A stretch of 64,000 bases of DNA from Betaproteobacteria bacterium TMED22 (GTDB lineage Bacteria; Pseudomonadota; Gammaproteobacteria; Burkholderiales; Eutrophovitaceae): the NCBI GenBank assembly GCA_002167745.1, contig NHCB01000006.1:49402-113401 (forward strand). The letters run 5' to 3'. The position numbers were made by a program, and so were the translations under genes. Numbering within the stretch: the first letter of the stretch is position 1; each line of letters starts with the position of its first letter. A model generated the notes under the pieces. That model was not told where the DNA came from, did no database searches, and saw only the letters and a list, made by a program, of their open reading frames with translations. This document shows positions 29,979 through 38,668 of this stretch, piece by piece.

Positions 29979-30853
29979 ATCTTAACTCCTGCATGATCGA
30001 GAGAATCAAGTACCGGTTGGTGAAATTTCTCGCCTAAATCTACCAACGGAAGTCTGATGCCATTTTGAATTTTACCCATCCTCTTCAATGCCCATTTCAC
30101 AGGTATGGGGTTCGCTTCAATAAAGAGATTTTCGTTTAAAAGTGAAATTTGATGATTCAGTGACCGAGCCTTTTTAAGGTCTCCTGCCACCACAGCTTCA
30201 CAAACATCCTGAACCTCTTTTGGCACAACGTTGGCGGTGACCGAGATCACACCTTGTGACCCTAACATCATAAGAGCCATAAATGTCGCATCGTCCCCAC
30301 TGTAAACAACGAACTCCTCAGGAGTTTTGTTAATCAATTCAGCGCCTCTAGCCATATCTCCAGTGGCGTCTTTAATGCCAATTATATTATCGATTTCGGC
30401 GAGCTTAAAAACAGTTTCATTCTGAAGATCAGCGACCGTCCTAGACGGGACGTTATACAAAATATGAGGCATATCAACGGTTTCGGCTATTTTACAAAAA
30501 TGCTGGTATAAACCCTCTTGATTCGGCTTGTTGTAATAGGGCACGACCGATAGACTCATGTCCGCTCCAACCTTTAAAGCATGAGCTGACAATTCAACAG
30601 CTTCAGCAGTAGAATTCGCTCCTGTTCCTGCAATGACAGCGACTCGATTCGATACATGCTTCACCGTATATTCGATTAACGTCGCATGTTCATCCACGTT
30701 TACGGTTGGCGACTCTCCCGTCGTACCCACAACGACAATGCCACGCGTCCCACAATCGACATGCCAATCGATTAGATGCCCCAAAGATTCATAGTCTAAA
30801 CTACCGTCCTCAAACATCGGGGTCACAATTGCAACCAGGCTTCCGACTAACAT
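29975..30853 (-). CDS. dapA: 4-hydroxy-tetrahydrodipicolinate synthase
   Basis: GSLVAIVTPM…VVGTTGES…GTGANST…YNVPSRT…IIGIKDA. The start is taken at ATG 30851-30853, which has GGAGG upstream; the track ORF extends to 30886. Confidence 0.94.
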   Translation of the reverse strand: MLVGSLVAIVTPMFEDGSLDYESLGHLIDWHVDCGTRGIVVVGTTGESPTVNVDEHATLIEYTVKHVSNRVAVIAGTGANSTAEAVELSAHALKVGADMSLSVVPYYNKPNQEGLYQHFCKIAETVDMPHILYNVPSRTVADLQNETVFKLAEIDNIIGIKDATGDMARGAELINKTPEEFVVYSGDDATFMALMMLGSQGVISVTANVVPKEVQDVCEAVVAGDLKKARSLNHQISLLNENLFIEANPIPVKWALKRMGKIQNGIRLPLVDLGEKFHQPVLDSLDHAGVKI

Positions 30854-30911
30854 TGATTCCTCCGGATCTCTAGAAAATTGATACATAAATATATAGCGTA
30901 TTCTACCCTAA

Positions 30912-31487
30912 TCACTCATCTAAAAAGGCTACTTCAGAGTAGTCACTGTTTCCAGAGACAGCACAAACCCTTTGAACAAGAGCCGGTTTGGGACTGCTGA
31001 TTCTTCCAGCCTCGTAGATTAAAATGTGAAGTTTTTTATAAGTCACGTCGATTAACTCATTAGGTCGCAACAGAAAATCTGGATTGCTTGGTCGACCAAA
31101 ACGCTCATTACCCAACATGAAAGTTTCATAAATCAAAATTCCCGACGGAGAAAGCGTGTCGACTATATTTTCTAGTATGGGACGGTAGAGATAATTCGTC
31201 ACTAAAATGGCATCATATGTACGGTCTGCAAACGGCCAAGGCGCCATCTCTAGGTCATACTCAACCGTATGGATTCTCGGAAGCGACGATATTTTCGACA
31301 GTGCTTCTGGATTTTTATCTAGAGCGGTAACATCATGTCCTTGGTCAGCAAAATAACGTGCATGTCTTCCTGACCCGCAAGCCAAATCAAGGACACTGGA
31401 CTCTGGCCTTAGCAGCTCAGAGCATCGCTTGACCCAGACGGATGGATTTTGACCTTCATGCACGTTGATAACTTTCGATGAATACAA
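30912..31487 (-). CDS. Class I SAM-dependent methyltransferase
   Basis: 191 aa with motif I VLDLACGSGRHARYFADQGHDVTALD. Confidence 0.7.
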   Translation of the reverse strand: MYSSKVINVHEGQNPSVWVKRCSELLRPESSVLDLACGSGRHARYFADQGHDVTALDKNPEALSKISSLPRIHTVEYDLEMAPWPFADRTYDAILVTNYLYRPILENIVDTLSPSGILIYETFMLGNERFGRPSNPDFLLRPNELIDVTYKKLHILIYEAGRISSPKPALVQRVCAVSGNSDYSEVAFLDE

Positions 31488-31635
31488 ATTTGGAGGACAA
31501 AAAGCTGAAATTTGAAGTCGATGGGGGTATTATAATCTACGTTAAATAGTTAAACATCTATTTTAATTTGGCAATATCGGTTCGAGGCATACCATACAGT
31601 CGCTTTATTTCGCATTACCTCGTAATTTATTAGTT

Positions 31636-32160
31636 ATGCAAACAATGTACTTTAAAAACGTATCAAAACGTTTCGGTCATTTGTCTATGACTATCGCTGC
31701 ATGTTTATTACTCTGGGGATGCAGCGCCGTGTCTGTTTTAGCACCAGTTGAAAATACAGCAAGTAACGGCGTAGTTCGTTTTTATCAAGGTGGTAACTCA
31801 CTTAAGATTCAAGTCTATCTTAAAAACTTGTCACCACTCACCGCTTACACCCTCAGAATTCATCAAGTCGGAGATTGTCGCGACCCTTTAAAAGGTAGTA
31901 TCGGAGAGCCATTTGACCATACAACCTACAACTTTCAAAAAGAACCGATTGAAACAAAGCAGATAGGTAATCTAGGTGACGTAACTGCTGACGAAAATGG
32001 CTCCATTGAATTCCACTTTACAGTTTTAGGGTCTAAATTAACCGGACCGCGCAAGGACAGCATACTCGGAAGATCCCTAATCCTTACAGCCAAAGGGCAG
32101 GATGAGACTGCGAGTCGACCCATTGCCTGCGGTTTAATAAGCAAAAACGCCACACTCTAA
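31636..32160 (+). CDS. Cu/Zn superoxide dismutase-fold lipoprotein with a degenerate metal site
   Basis: Lipobox LLLWGC. It has SodC-like segments (…RIHQVGDC…, …GNLGD…, …RPIACGLI) with both disulfide Cys retained. Most ligand His positions are substituted, as detailed in the finding for this gene. Confidence 0.6.
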   Translation: MQTMYFKNVSKRFGHLSMTIAACLLLWGCSAVSVLAPVENTASNGVVRFYQGGNSLKIQVYLKNLSPLTAYTLRIHQVGDCRDPLKGSIGEPFDHTTYNFQKEPIETKQIGNLGDVTADENGSIEFHFTVLGSKLTGPRKDSILGRSLILTAKGQDETASRPIACGLISKNATL

Positions 32161-32168
32161 ATTAGACG

Positions 32169-32852
32169 ATGATGGTTCCCGTATTAGTTCCTGGAGATCC
32201 ATTTCCTCCTACCAATAGCGCACTAAAAGATCCGGACGGTCTACTGGCCATAGGAGGTGATTTGTCCGTGAACACATTAATGCGCGCTTACAGATCAGGT
32301 ATTTTTCCCTGGTTTACCCGAGACCAGCCAATTCTCTGGTGGTCGCCCGATCCCAGATTAATACTTTTTCCAAAAAATTTCAAAATCTCCCGATCACTAC
32401 AAAAAACATTACGGAAAAACACATATCAAGTCACCACCAACCAATCTTTTTTATCAGTAATAGAGAAATGTGGGCCGAAAAGACATAGCGACTGCGAGAG
32501 TTGGATTACTGAAGAAATGATAGTCGCATACACAAAACTATTCGAGCTTGGGATCGCCAAATCAGTCGAAACGTGGTTGAATGGAGAGTTAGTAGGTGGA
32601 TTGTATGGGTTATCTATAGGGCATGTATTTTTTGGGGAATCTATGTTCTCCATAGCACCGGACGCCTCTAAGGTCGCTTTAGCAACTTACATTGACATTT
32701 TACTCAACGAGAATGTATCCATGATCGACTGTCAAGTATACTCTGCACACCTCAGTTCTTTGGGCGCCGAGAACGTTGATCGGCAAACATTTGAAAGAAT
32801 GCTTTCAGAATTAATTCCTTCAACAAAGACAGCTGAATGTAGAAGTGTGTAG
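32169..32852 (+). CDS. aat: Leucyl/phenylalanyl-tRNA--protein transferase
   Basis: [28 protein letters not shown]…ILWWSPDPR…GESMF. Confidence 0.93.
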   Translation: MMVPVLVPGDPFPPTNSALKDPDGLLAIGGDLSVNTLMRAYRSGIFPWFTRDQPILWWSPDPRLILFPKNFKISRSLQKTLRKNTYQVTTNQSFLSVIEKCGPKRHSDCESWITEEMIVAYTKLFELGIAKSVETWLNGELVGGLYGLSIGHVFFGESMFSIAPDASKVALATYIDILLNENVSMIDCQVYSAHLSSLGAENVDRQTFERMLSELIPSTKTAECRSV

Positions 32853-32854
32853 TC

Positions 32855-33583
32855 ATGAGCAACTTTAGAGATCTACCTATTAATCAACTACAATTTTATG
32901 CGACCGCTCCGTATACGTGTAGCTACCTATCCAACCGTCTCGCGAGATCGCAAGTAGCAACCCCCAGTCATAAAATAGATGCTTCCATCTATTCAGACCT
33001 TGTGCAAGTAGGCTTTAGACGAAGTGGCGCATTCACGTATCGTCCAATATGCGATTCCTGCTCGGCATGCGTTCCAGTCAGAATAGATACCGAAAACTAT
33101 AAACCCTCTAGATCACAAAAAAGGGTAATAACGCGGCATGCCCACCTAACAAACGACATAGTAGATTTGAAAAACTCAGCAGAGCATTACGATCTTTATC
33201 TGAAATATCAGAGCGCGCGTCACAGCGGAGGAGGCATGGACCAGGATAGTCGGGAGCAGTACCGACACTTTTTACTTCAAAGTAACGTAGAAACAAAACT
33301 GGTTGAATTTCGCGACTCAAACACTGTCGTAGCTGTGAGCATTATAGATATTCTCGAAGATGGATTATCATCTGTTTACACCTTCTTTGATACCGAAAAT
33401 AAATCAGCCAGCTATGGCACGTACAGCATTTGTTGGCAGATCGACTTATGCAAAGAAATGGGACTTAAGTACCTATATCTCGGTTATTGGATCAAAGAAA
33501 GTAAAAAAATGTCCTACAAAACTCACTTCCATCCATTACAGGGACTTATTCAAGATCGTTGGATACCGCTAGAATCATTGTAA
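32855..33583 (+). CDS. bpt: Arginyl/leucyl-tRNA--protein transferase (Bpt/Ate family)
   Basis: [12 protein letters not shown]…GFRRSG…YRP.C..C..C.P.R…LYLGYWI. Confidence 0.92.
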   Translation: MSNFRDLPINQLQFYATAPYTCSYLSNRLARSQVATPSHKIDASIYSDLVQVGFRRSGAFTYRPICDSCSACVPVRIDTENYKPSRSQKRVITRHAHLTNDIVDLKNSAEHYDLYLKYQSARHSGGGMDQDSREQYRHFLLQSNVETKLVEFRDSNTVVAVSIIDILEDGLSSVYTFFDTENKSASYGTYSICWQIDLCKEMGLKYLYLGYWIKESKKMSYKTHFHPLQGLIQDRWIPLESL

Positions 33584-34632
33584 TTTTAGAGATACATGTC
33601 TTCGACCTTTTACAAAATCTCAAAAAAATCCTCTTCCAACTGGACCCTGAGAAAGCCCATGATCTTGCGCTATGGAGTCTCAAAAATTTAGATGCGTGTG
33701 GCCTGTCGCTGAACAATAAGACAATCGTGAACACTCCTACGAACGTAATGGGTTTAACGTTCAGGAATCAAGTAGGTCTTGCGGCAGGATTAGATAAAAA
33801 TGGAGACTTTATTAAGCCATTACAAAACCTTGGCTTCGGTTTTATTGAGCTCGGGACTGTTACCCCAAAACCACAACCTGGAAATCCAAGACCTCGGCTC
33901 TTTCGCGTTCCAGAAGCGGACGCATTAGTAAACCGTCTAGGCTTCAATAATAAAGGTGTTGATTACCTAATCGAACAAGTTAAAAGCGTACAACGAGATT
34001 CGATCATCGGCATCAATATTGGCAAAAACAAAACAACGCCAATTGAGGATGCTCACCACGATTACGAGTACTGTTTGCGAAAAGTTTATCCTCTGGCAGA
34101 TTACGTAACGATAAATATTTCCTCACCCAACACGGAGAATCTAAGGAGCCTTCAAAGAAGTGATAATTTACACATGCTCCTCAAACGCATCAGCGCTACA
34201 CGTGAGGCGCTTCGGACTTCCCTTGGAGTCATGAAACCTATTGCTATCAAGATTGCTCCTGATTTAGATGATTTTGAATTAGAAAATATCGTAGAAGCTG
34301 TAAGAACCTATGAATTTGATGGCATTATCGCTACTAACACTACAACACAAAGACCCCATAGAGAATTCAATAATTTGTCTGAAACAGGGGGGTTAAGTGG
34401 CGGCTTATTGACCCAAGCATCTACTCAAATAATTCAAAAGCTTTCTAACTTAACGCAAGGCTCGATACCCATTATTGGCGTCGGCGGCATTCTCAATCGG
34501 CAAGATGCGCTGGATAAAATTAGCGCGGGCGCCTCACTTGTGCAAATATACTCTGGTCTAATTTACAATGGACCCAGGCTAATCAGGGATTGTGCGCAAG
34601 CGATTTCACTTCTTCGGCAACCTGGTAAGTAA
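33559..34632 (+). CDS. pyrD: Dihydroorotate dehydrogenase (quinone), class 2
   Basis: [10 protein letters not shown]…[10 protein letters not shown]…[10 protein letters not shown]…NISSPNT…GGLSG…IGVGGI. The exact start is uncertain; the ATG at 33559 overlaps the bpt end. Confidence 0.92.
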   Translation: MDTARIIVILEIHVFDLLQNLKKILFQLDPEKAHDLALWSLKNLDACGLSLNNKTIVNTPTNVMGLTFRNQVGLAAGLDKNGDFIKPLQNLGFGFIELGTVTPKPQPGNPRPRLFRVPEADALVNRLGFNNKGVDYLIEQVKSVQRDSIIGINIGKNKTTPIEDAHHDYEYCLRKVYPLADYVTINISSPNTENLRSLQRSDNLHMLLKRISATREALRTSLGVMKPIAIKIAPDLDDFELENIVEAVRTYEFDGIIATNTTTQRPHREFNNLSETGGLSGGLLTQASTQIIQKLSNLTQGSIPIIGVGGILNRQDALDKISAGASLVQIYSGLIYNGPRLIRDCAQAISLLRQPGK

Positions 34633-34658
34633 CAGACGGGCAAACCTTCTACATACAT

Positions 34659-35312
34659 ATGGCCTCAAAAAAAATTGTAGACAGTATCAACGGTATATTG
34701 CCCCAAACGCAATGTCAGAATTGTGGATATCCTGACTGCTACACGTATGCAGATGCCATATCGAAATCTAAAGCAAAAATAAATCGATGCGCACCAGGCG
34801 GCAAAGAAGTCATCCGAGATCTTGCTGAATTAATGAACACCTCTATCATCCCACTCGATAAAGATATTACGGCAACAGATCTTGAGTCAACTGCATTAAT
34901 TGACGAGCAATTCTGCATAGGTTGTGCTTTGTGTATTGATGCGTGCCCAATTGATTCCATAATAGGCTCAGCAAAAAAAACTCATTCGATTTTAAACTCA
35001 CTATGCTCAGGTTGTGGGCTCTGTCTTCCGCCTTGTCCGACTAGCTGCATCGAAATTGTACCTCTTGATAATACCTTGACGCGAAATAAGCCTTCAAGCC
35101 TTCAACTTATAGAGCTCGATCAAGTCTCACGCTCTGACCTCTGGAAAAATAGATACAAATCTAAGCAATCACGACTCGCAAAACAGAACTTGGAGATGAG
35201 TAAAAAAACTCCTCAAAGCAACCAAAATTCATCAAATATTAATAAGATCAAAAGGATCTCTGCCGCTATGGATATCGCTCGAAAGAAACTTATGGAGTCC
35301 TATCCCAATTAA
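34659..35312 (+). CDS. RnfB/RsxB-like ferredoxin (stand-alone)
   Basis: N-terminal Cys cluster (CQNCGYPDC…C), two 4Fe-4S motifs (CIGCALCIDACP, CSGCGLCLPPCP) and a basic tail. No other rnf genes are nearby. Confidence 0.78.
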   Translation: MASKKIVDSINGILPQTQCQNCGYPDCYTYADAISKSKAKINRCAPGGKEVIRDLAELMNTSIIPLDKDITATDLESTALIDEQFCIGCALCIDACPIDSIIGSAKKTHSILNSLCSGCGLCLPPCPTSCIEIVPLDNTLTRNKPSSLQLIELDQVSRSDLWKNRYKSKQSRLAKQNLEMSKKTPQSNQNSSNINKIKRISAAMDIARKKLMESYPN

Positions 35313-35338
35313 ATAAATACGATAATACTCATGAACCT

Positions 35339-35971
35339 ATGAACCGGAATAATCGCACCTTAATCTTTAAAAGGTTAGCCGAACAAAATCCAAATCCTAC
35401 GACCGAGTTGATTTATGAAAGTACATTTGAACTGCTGATCGCAGTAATATTGTCAGCCCAAGCGACAGATACCAGTGTTAATAAAGTCACAAGACGTCTT
35501 TTCAAAATTGCTAATACTCCGGACTCAATATTAAAACTCGGGCTGAATAGCCTTACAGAGAAAATTAAAAGCATTGGGCTCTACCGCAACAAAGCTAAAA
35601 ACGTTATTTCAACTTGCCACCTATTGATCGCCGAATACCACGGAGAGGTTCCGCGAGATCGACTTGCACTCCAATCACTCCCCGGCGTCGGCAGAAAAAC
35701 TGCAAATGTCGTGCTCAATACGGCATTCGGAGACCCTACGATTGCAGTAGATACACACATTTTCAGAGTCTCAAATAGAACAAAGCTCGCACGAGGGAAA
35801 AATGTTGATGAAGTGGAACAGCGTTTATTAAAAAATACTCCTAAACAATTCTTAAGGAATGCACATCACTGGATTTTATTACATGGTCGATATGTCTGCA
35901 AAGCCAGAAAACCAGATTGTGAGTCTTGCATCATATTGGATTTATGCGAATACAAAGGTAAATTGATCTAA
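35339..35971 (+). CDS. nth: Endonuclease III
   Basis: HhH-GPD motif (LPGVGRKTANVVL, D-T-H) and the C-terminal Cx6Cx2Cx5C cluster (CKARKPDCESCIILDLC). Confidence 0.95.
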   Translation: MNRNNRTLIFKRLAEQNPNPTTELIYESTFELLIAVILSAQATDTSVNKVTRRLFKIANTPDSILKLGLNSLTEKIKSIGLYRNKAKNVISTCHLLIAEYHGEVPRDRLALQSLPGVGRKTANVVLNTAFGDPTIAVDTHIFRVSNRTKLARGKNVDEVEQRLLKNTPKQFLRNAHHWILLHGRYVCKARKPDCESCIILDLCEYKGKLI

Positions 35972-35973
35972 CG

Positions 35974-35998
35974 AAAAAAAAGCCCCGAAAATCGGAGC
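35974..35998 (-). terminator. Terminator after the cytochrome c pair (minus strand)
   Basis: The minus strand reads GCTCCGA-TTT-TCGGGGC (one mismatch) followed by a T8 run, about 30 nt downstream of the stop at 36029. Confidence 0.55.
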
Positions 35999-36028
35999 TT
36001 TCAAGAACTACCTTTAACTCATAGGCCG

Positions 36029-36373
36029 TTACTTTGGAACTGACAAGGTGCTATCCTGAATTTCAAAGTATTTACCCAATGCTTCCATCTCCGCTGCTGA
36101 GAGAGCACTCGAGAACGCTGACATGACAGCATTATTACGAATTCCAGTTTTATAATCCATCAAAGATTTAGCTATGTAGTCCGCCTTCTGCCCACCTAAC
36201 TTCGGTGCTCCTAAAACCATAGCGTTTCCATCCACACCGTGGCAACCCACGCAAACTTCCCCAACAATCTGAGCGGCATCTCTCGGCGCACCATCTTCCG
36301 CCTGAACAGACCAGCTAGAAAAAGCACCTATTACACAAAAAAACATAACCAATCGGTTGAACATATCCTTCAA
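36029..36373 (-). CDS. Periplasmic monohaem class I cytochrome c
   Basis: Signal peptide, a single CVGCH haem site and a distal Met region (NNAVMSAF). Confidence 0.85.
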   Translation of the reverse strand: MKDMFNRLVMFFCVIGAFSSWSVQAEDGAPRDAAQIVGEVCVGCHGVDGNAMVLGAPKLGGQKADYIAKSLMDYKTGIRNNAVMSAFSSALSAAEMEALGKYFEIQDSTLSVPK

Positions 36374-36433
36374 CTCCCCTTAACTGAAACTAACTTAAAT
36401 TTTTAGTAATAAACCTCAAACCTATTAATATTT

Positions 36434-36757
36434 TTAGTCACCCGAGTAGTAAGCTGCTAAATCGTTTATATCTTGATCGCTTAAATTGGACGCAATCGCG
36501 TGCATGGTCTCATTAGTTCGATCACCGTCTCGATAGGCCTTTAAAGCAATAACTAGATAATCATAGTTCTGCCCTCCAATCTTAGGCACAGAATAAACCG
36601 TCGGAAAGGCTGTTTTGAATCCGGTAATACCATGACACCCTTGACACTGCGCATTGAGCTGCGCGCCCGCTTCTGGGTCACCAGCGGCGAATGTGGTTGA
36701 CGCCGCGGAGAGCGCTACACAGCCCACTACCCTCAATAAATTAGTAATATTTTGCAC
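36434..36757 (-). CDS. Periplasmic monohaem class I cytochrome c
   Basis: Signal peptide, a single CQGCH haem site and a distal Met (NETMHAIA). Confidence 0.85.
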   Translation of the reverse strand: MQNITNLLRVVGCVALSAASTTFAAGDPEAGAQLNAQCQGCHGITGFKTAFPTVYSVPKIGGQNYDYLVIALKAYRDGDRTNETMHAIASNLSDQDINDLAAYYSGD

Positions 36758-36833
36758 GTTTCAATCCCCTGTAAAATTCGCAGCAAAACTGTATCGGATA
36801 CCCTCCCGTGAGTCAATGGCCTGCAGCCAACGG

Positions 36834-37652
36834 TCACAGTCGATCAGCTCCAATTTCTAAAGAATCTGTGAAAACAGTATCATGCGTATCTTCGGCGCGG
36901 ACCGATAGGGTTCCCTCAGACTGTGGAGAAAAGTAGAACTTAAATATAGGGTTATCCGATAGAGAGAAGTTAATATCACCGCTCATAATTGATTTTCCAT
37001 TGTACTCAACCGCAACTTTATCAATAAAACGTGCGGCATACCCAGGTTCTAGATCTGACGCGAGAGTAGATTCATTCGGATGTTTTATTTGGAATTGGAC
37101 TAAATTTGGCTCGTTCAACCTTATTTGATCGTCCATACGAAATCGCATTTTTCCTAGTAACGGATCATTGGCGTTTTTACCTGAAGGCGCTGAACAACCA
37201 CCAGCCACCTGAACCCAGCGCTGGTCCATGTAAAGTTCACCCGTGTTCGTTTCGACGATTGCGCGAATAAAACTAAATTTCTCAAAACGCAGGCGAGTTT
37301 CTAGCTTAACCTTCCCTGCCTCTGGTTTAAACCTGAAGACGCCTGCAGTTGGGATTGGATTTCGATCAATAACCAGATACAGTTTTTCTATAAATTGTTC
37401 CTCTGTTTGGTCCATAAGAGCATTGACCATGATCGGCACTGTCGAGGAGTCATCTAACTTCGTATTTAAGTAAAGCGCTAATACATCATCACTACCATCT
37501 TTTATCTCTCGCTCACCAAACATCAGTTTTTTTATCATAATCCACTCAGGGATACTCGTATGATCTGGCTCGGGGAACGGCGTCGCAACGGCCAGCTGAC
37601 TGAACAATAAAGTCATCCCCAAAAACGTTAGTATCTTTTTACCAAAATTCAT
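36834..37652 (-). CDS. SoxY-SoxZ fusion-like periplasmic cysteine carrier protein (quinoprotein-dehydrogenase-associated SoxYZ-like family, from memory)
   Basis: Signal peptide MNFGKKILTFLGMTLLFSQLAVA. The N-terminal half ends in VQVAGGCSAPSG (a SoxY-type GGC motif). The C-terminal half is SoxZ-like Ig-fold sequence (LVQFQIKHPNES…). The start ATG 37650-37652 has AAGGA overlapping the upstream gene's stop. Confidence 0.65.
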   Translation of the reverse strand: MNFGKKILTFLGMTLLFSQLAVATPFPEPDHTSIPEWIMIKKLMFGEREIKDGSDDVLALYLNTKLDDSSTVPIMVNALMDQTEEQFIEKLYLVIDRNPIPTAGVFRFKPEAGKVKLETRLRFEKFSFIRAIVETNTGELYMDQRWVQVAGGCSAPSGKNANDPLLGKMRFRMDDQIRLNEPNLVQFQIKHPNESTLASDLEPGYAARFIDKVAVEYNGKSIMSGDINFSLSDNPIFKFYFSPQSEGTLSVRAEDTHDTVFTDSLEIGADRL

Positions 37653-37663
37653 AGTTTTTATCC

Positions 37664-38629
37664 TTAGTCTTCCCACTCTAAATCAGTATAACTCGTTGTT
37701 ACATTTCTGCGGTGATAGAGCTCAAAGTTGTGCCACTTATCGCGCTCGGACCATCCTACAGTATTTACAGCATCCATCAGTGACACGTCGTTTTTGATCG
37801 CCGCCCGCACTTCCTTCAGCAAAACCCCGAGATATCCTCGTTGCTCACGCAGTAATATATGCCATGGTCGATCCAGCGGTCCATGGCCGACAACATAATG
37901 CTTAACATCAAGATTCTGAAGCTCCTCTAGCACCTCATCATACTGCCTTATGTTTGAGTCTAGTATTGGAATATGCTTGGAAAAAACAATATCTCCGGCC
38001 CAGAAAGTCCCGGTCTTTACATCAGAAACACTCACATCATGATCAGTGTGTGCATAGTCCCAAGATTTAATCTCAACCAATCGATTACCAAGATCAATAG
38101 AAAGAAGGCCGTCCACTGGAGTGATCAATGTTGCATCAACAGCATGATCATCAGTGTTACTGACTCCTAAATACTGCTCCAACGCCTGCAAATAAAACTT
38201 TGACCGAGTACGTATTTGCTTTGGTAGCCGATGATGGCCGTATACAATTACCGAATCATCTTGGATGAATGCATTGAGACCAAGCAAATGATCTGGGTGT
38301 ACGTGCGTAATAATGACAGCACAAATCGGTAAGGATGTGACCCTATGAATGGCTCTTTTTAACGCTAACCCAACATGCAAAGAGCTACCGGCATCAATGA
38401 CGGCAACACATTTATCTCCGACGATAAAGCCGATATTTGCAATATCACCCCGATTATCTGCACTGTGTGGCGGGAAAAGACCAACATGCACAAAGTTGCC
38501 GGCCGCGACCTCTTGAAGCTCATAGCTCGATGGCTCGTGCATATCATGGGCGAATACTAGTCGGCCTGCCATCAAATATACAAGTAGAATCTTTAATATC
38601 GATGTTGATTTAAGATGAATTGAAATCAT
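37664..38629 (-). CDS. Periplasmic MBL-fold zinc hydrolase (relay-system metallohydrolase 2-like)
   Basis: Signal peptide with intact THVHPDH, a downstream H/D (AHTDHD, WAGD) and VGHGP. Confidence 0.75.
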   Translation of the reverse strand: MISIHLKSTSILKILLVYLMAGRLVFAHDMHEPSSYELQEVAAGNFVHVGLFPPHSADNRGDIANIGFIVGDKCVAVIDAGSSLHVGLALKRAIHRVTSLPICAVIITHVHPDHLLGLNAFIQDDSVIVYGHHRLPKQIRTRSKFYLQALEQYLGVSNTDDHAVDATLITPVDGLLSIDLGNRLVEIKSWDYAHTDHDVSVSDVKTGTFWAGDIVFSKHIPILDSNIRQYDEVLEELQNLDVKHYVVGHGPLDRPWHILLREQRGYLGVLLKEVRAAIKNDVSLMDAVNTVGWSERDKWHNFELYHRRNVTTSYTDLEWED

Positions 38630-38668
38630 AAATTAACGACTTTTGGCTTAATTATAAGAGGCGATGGA

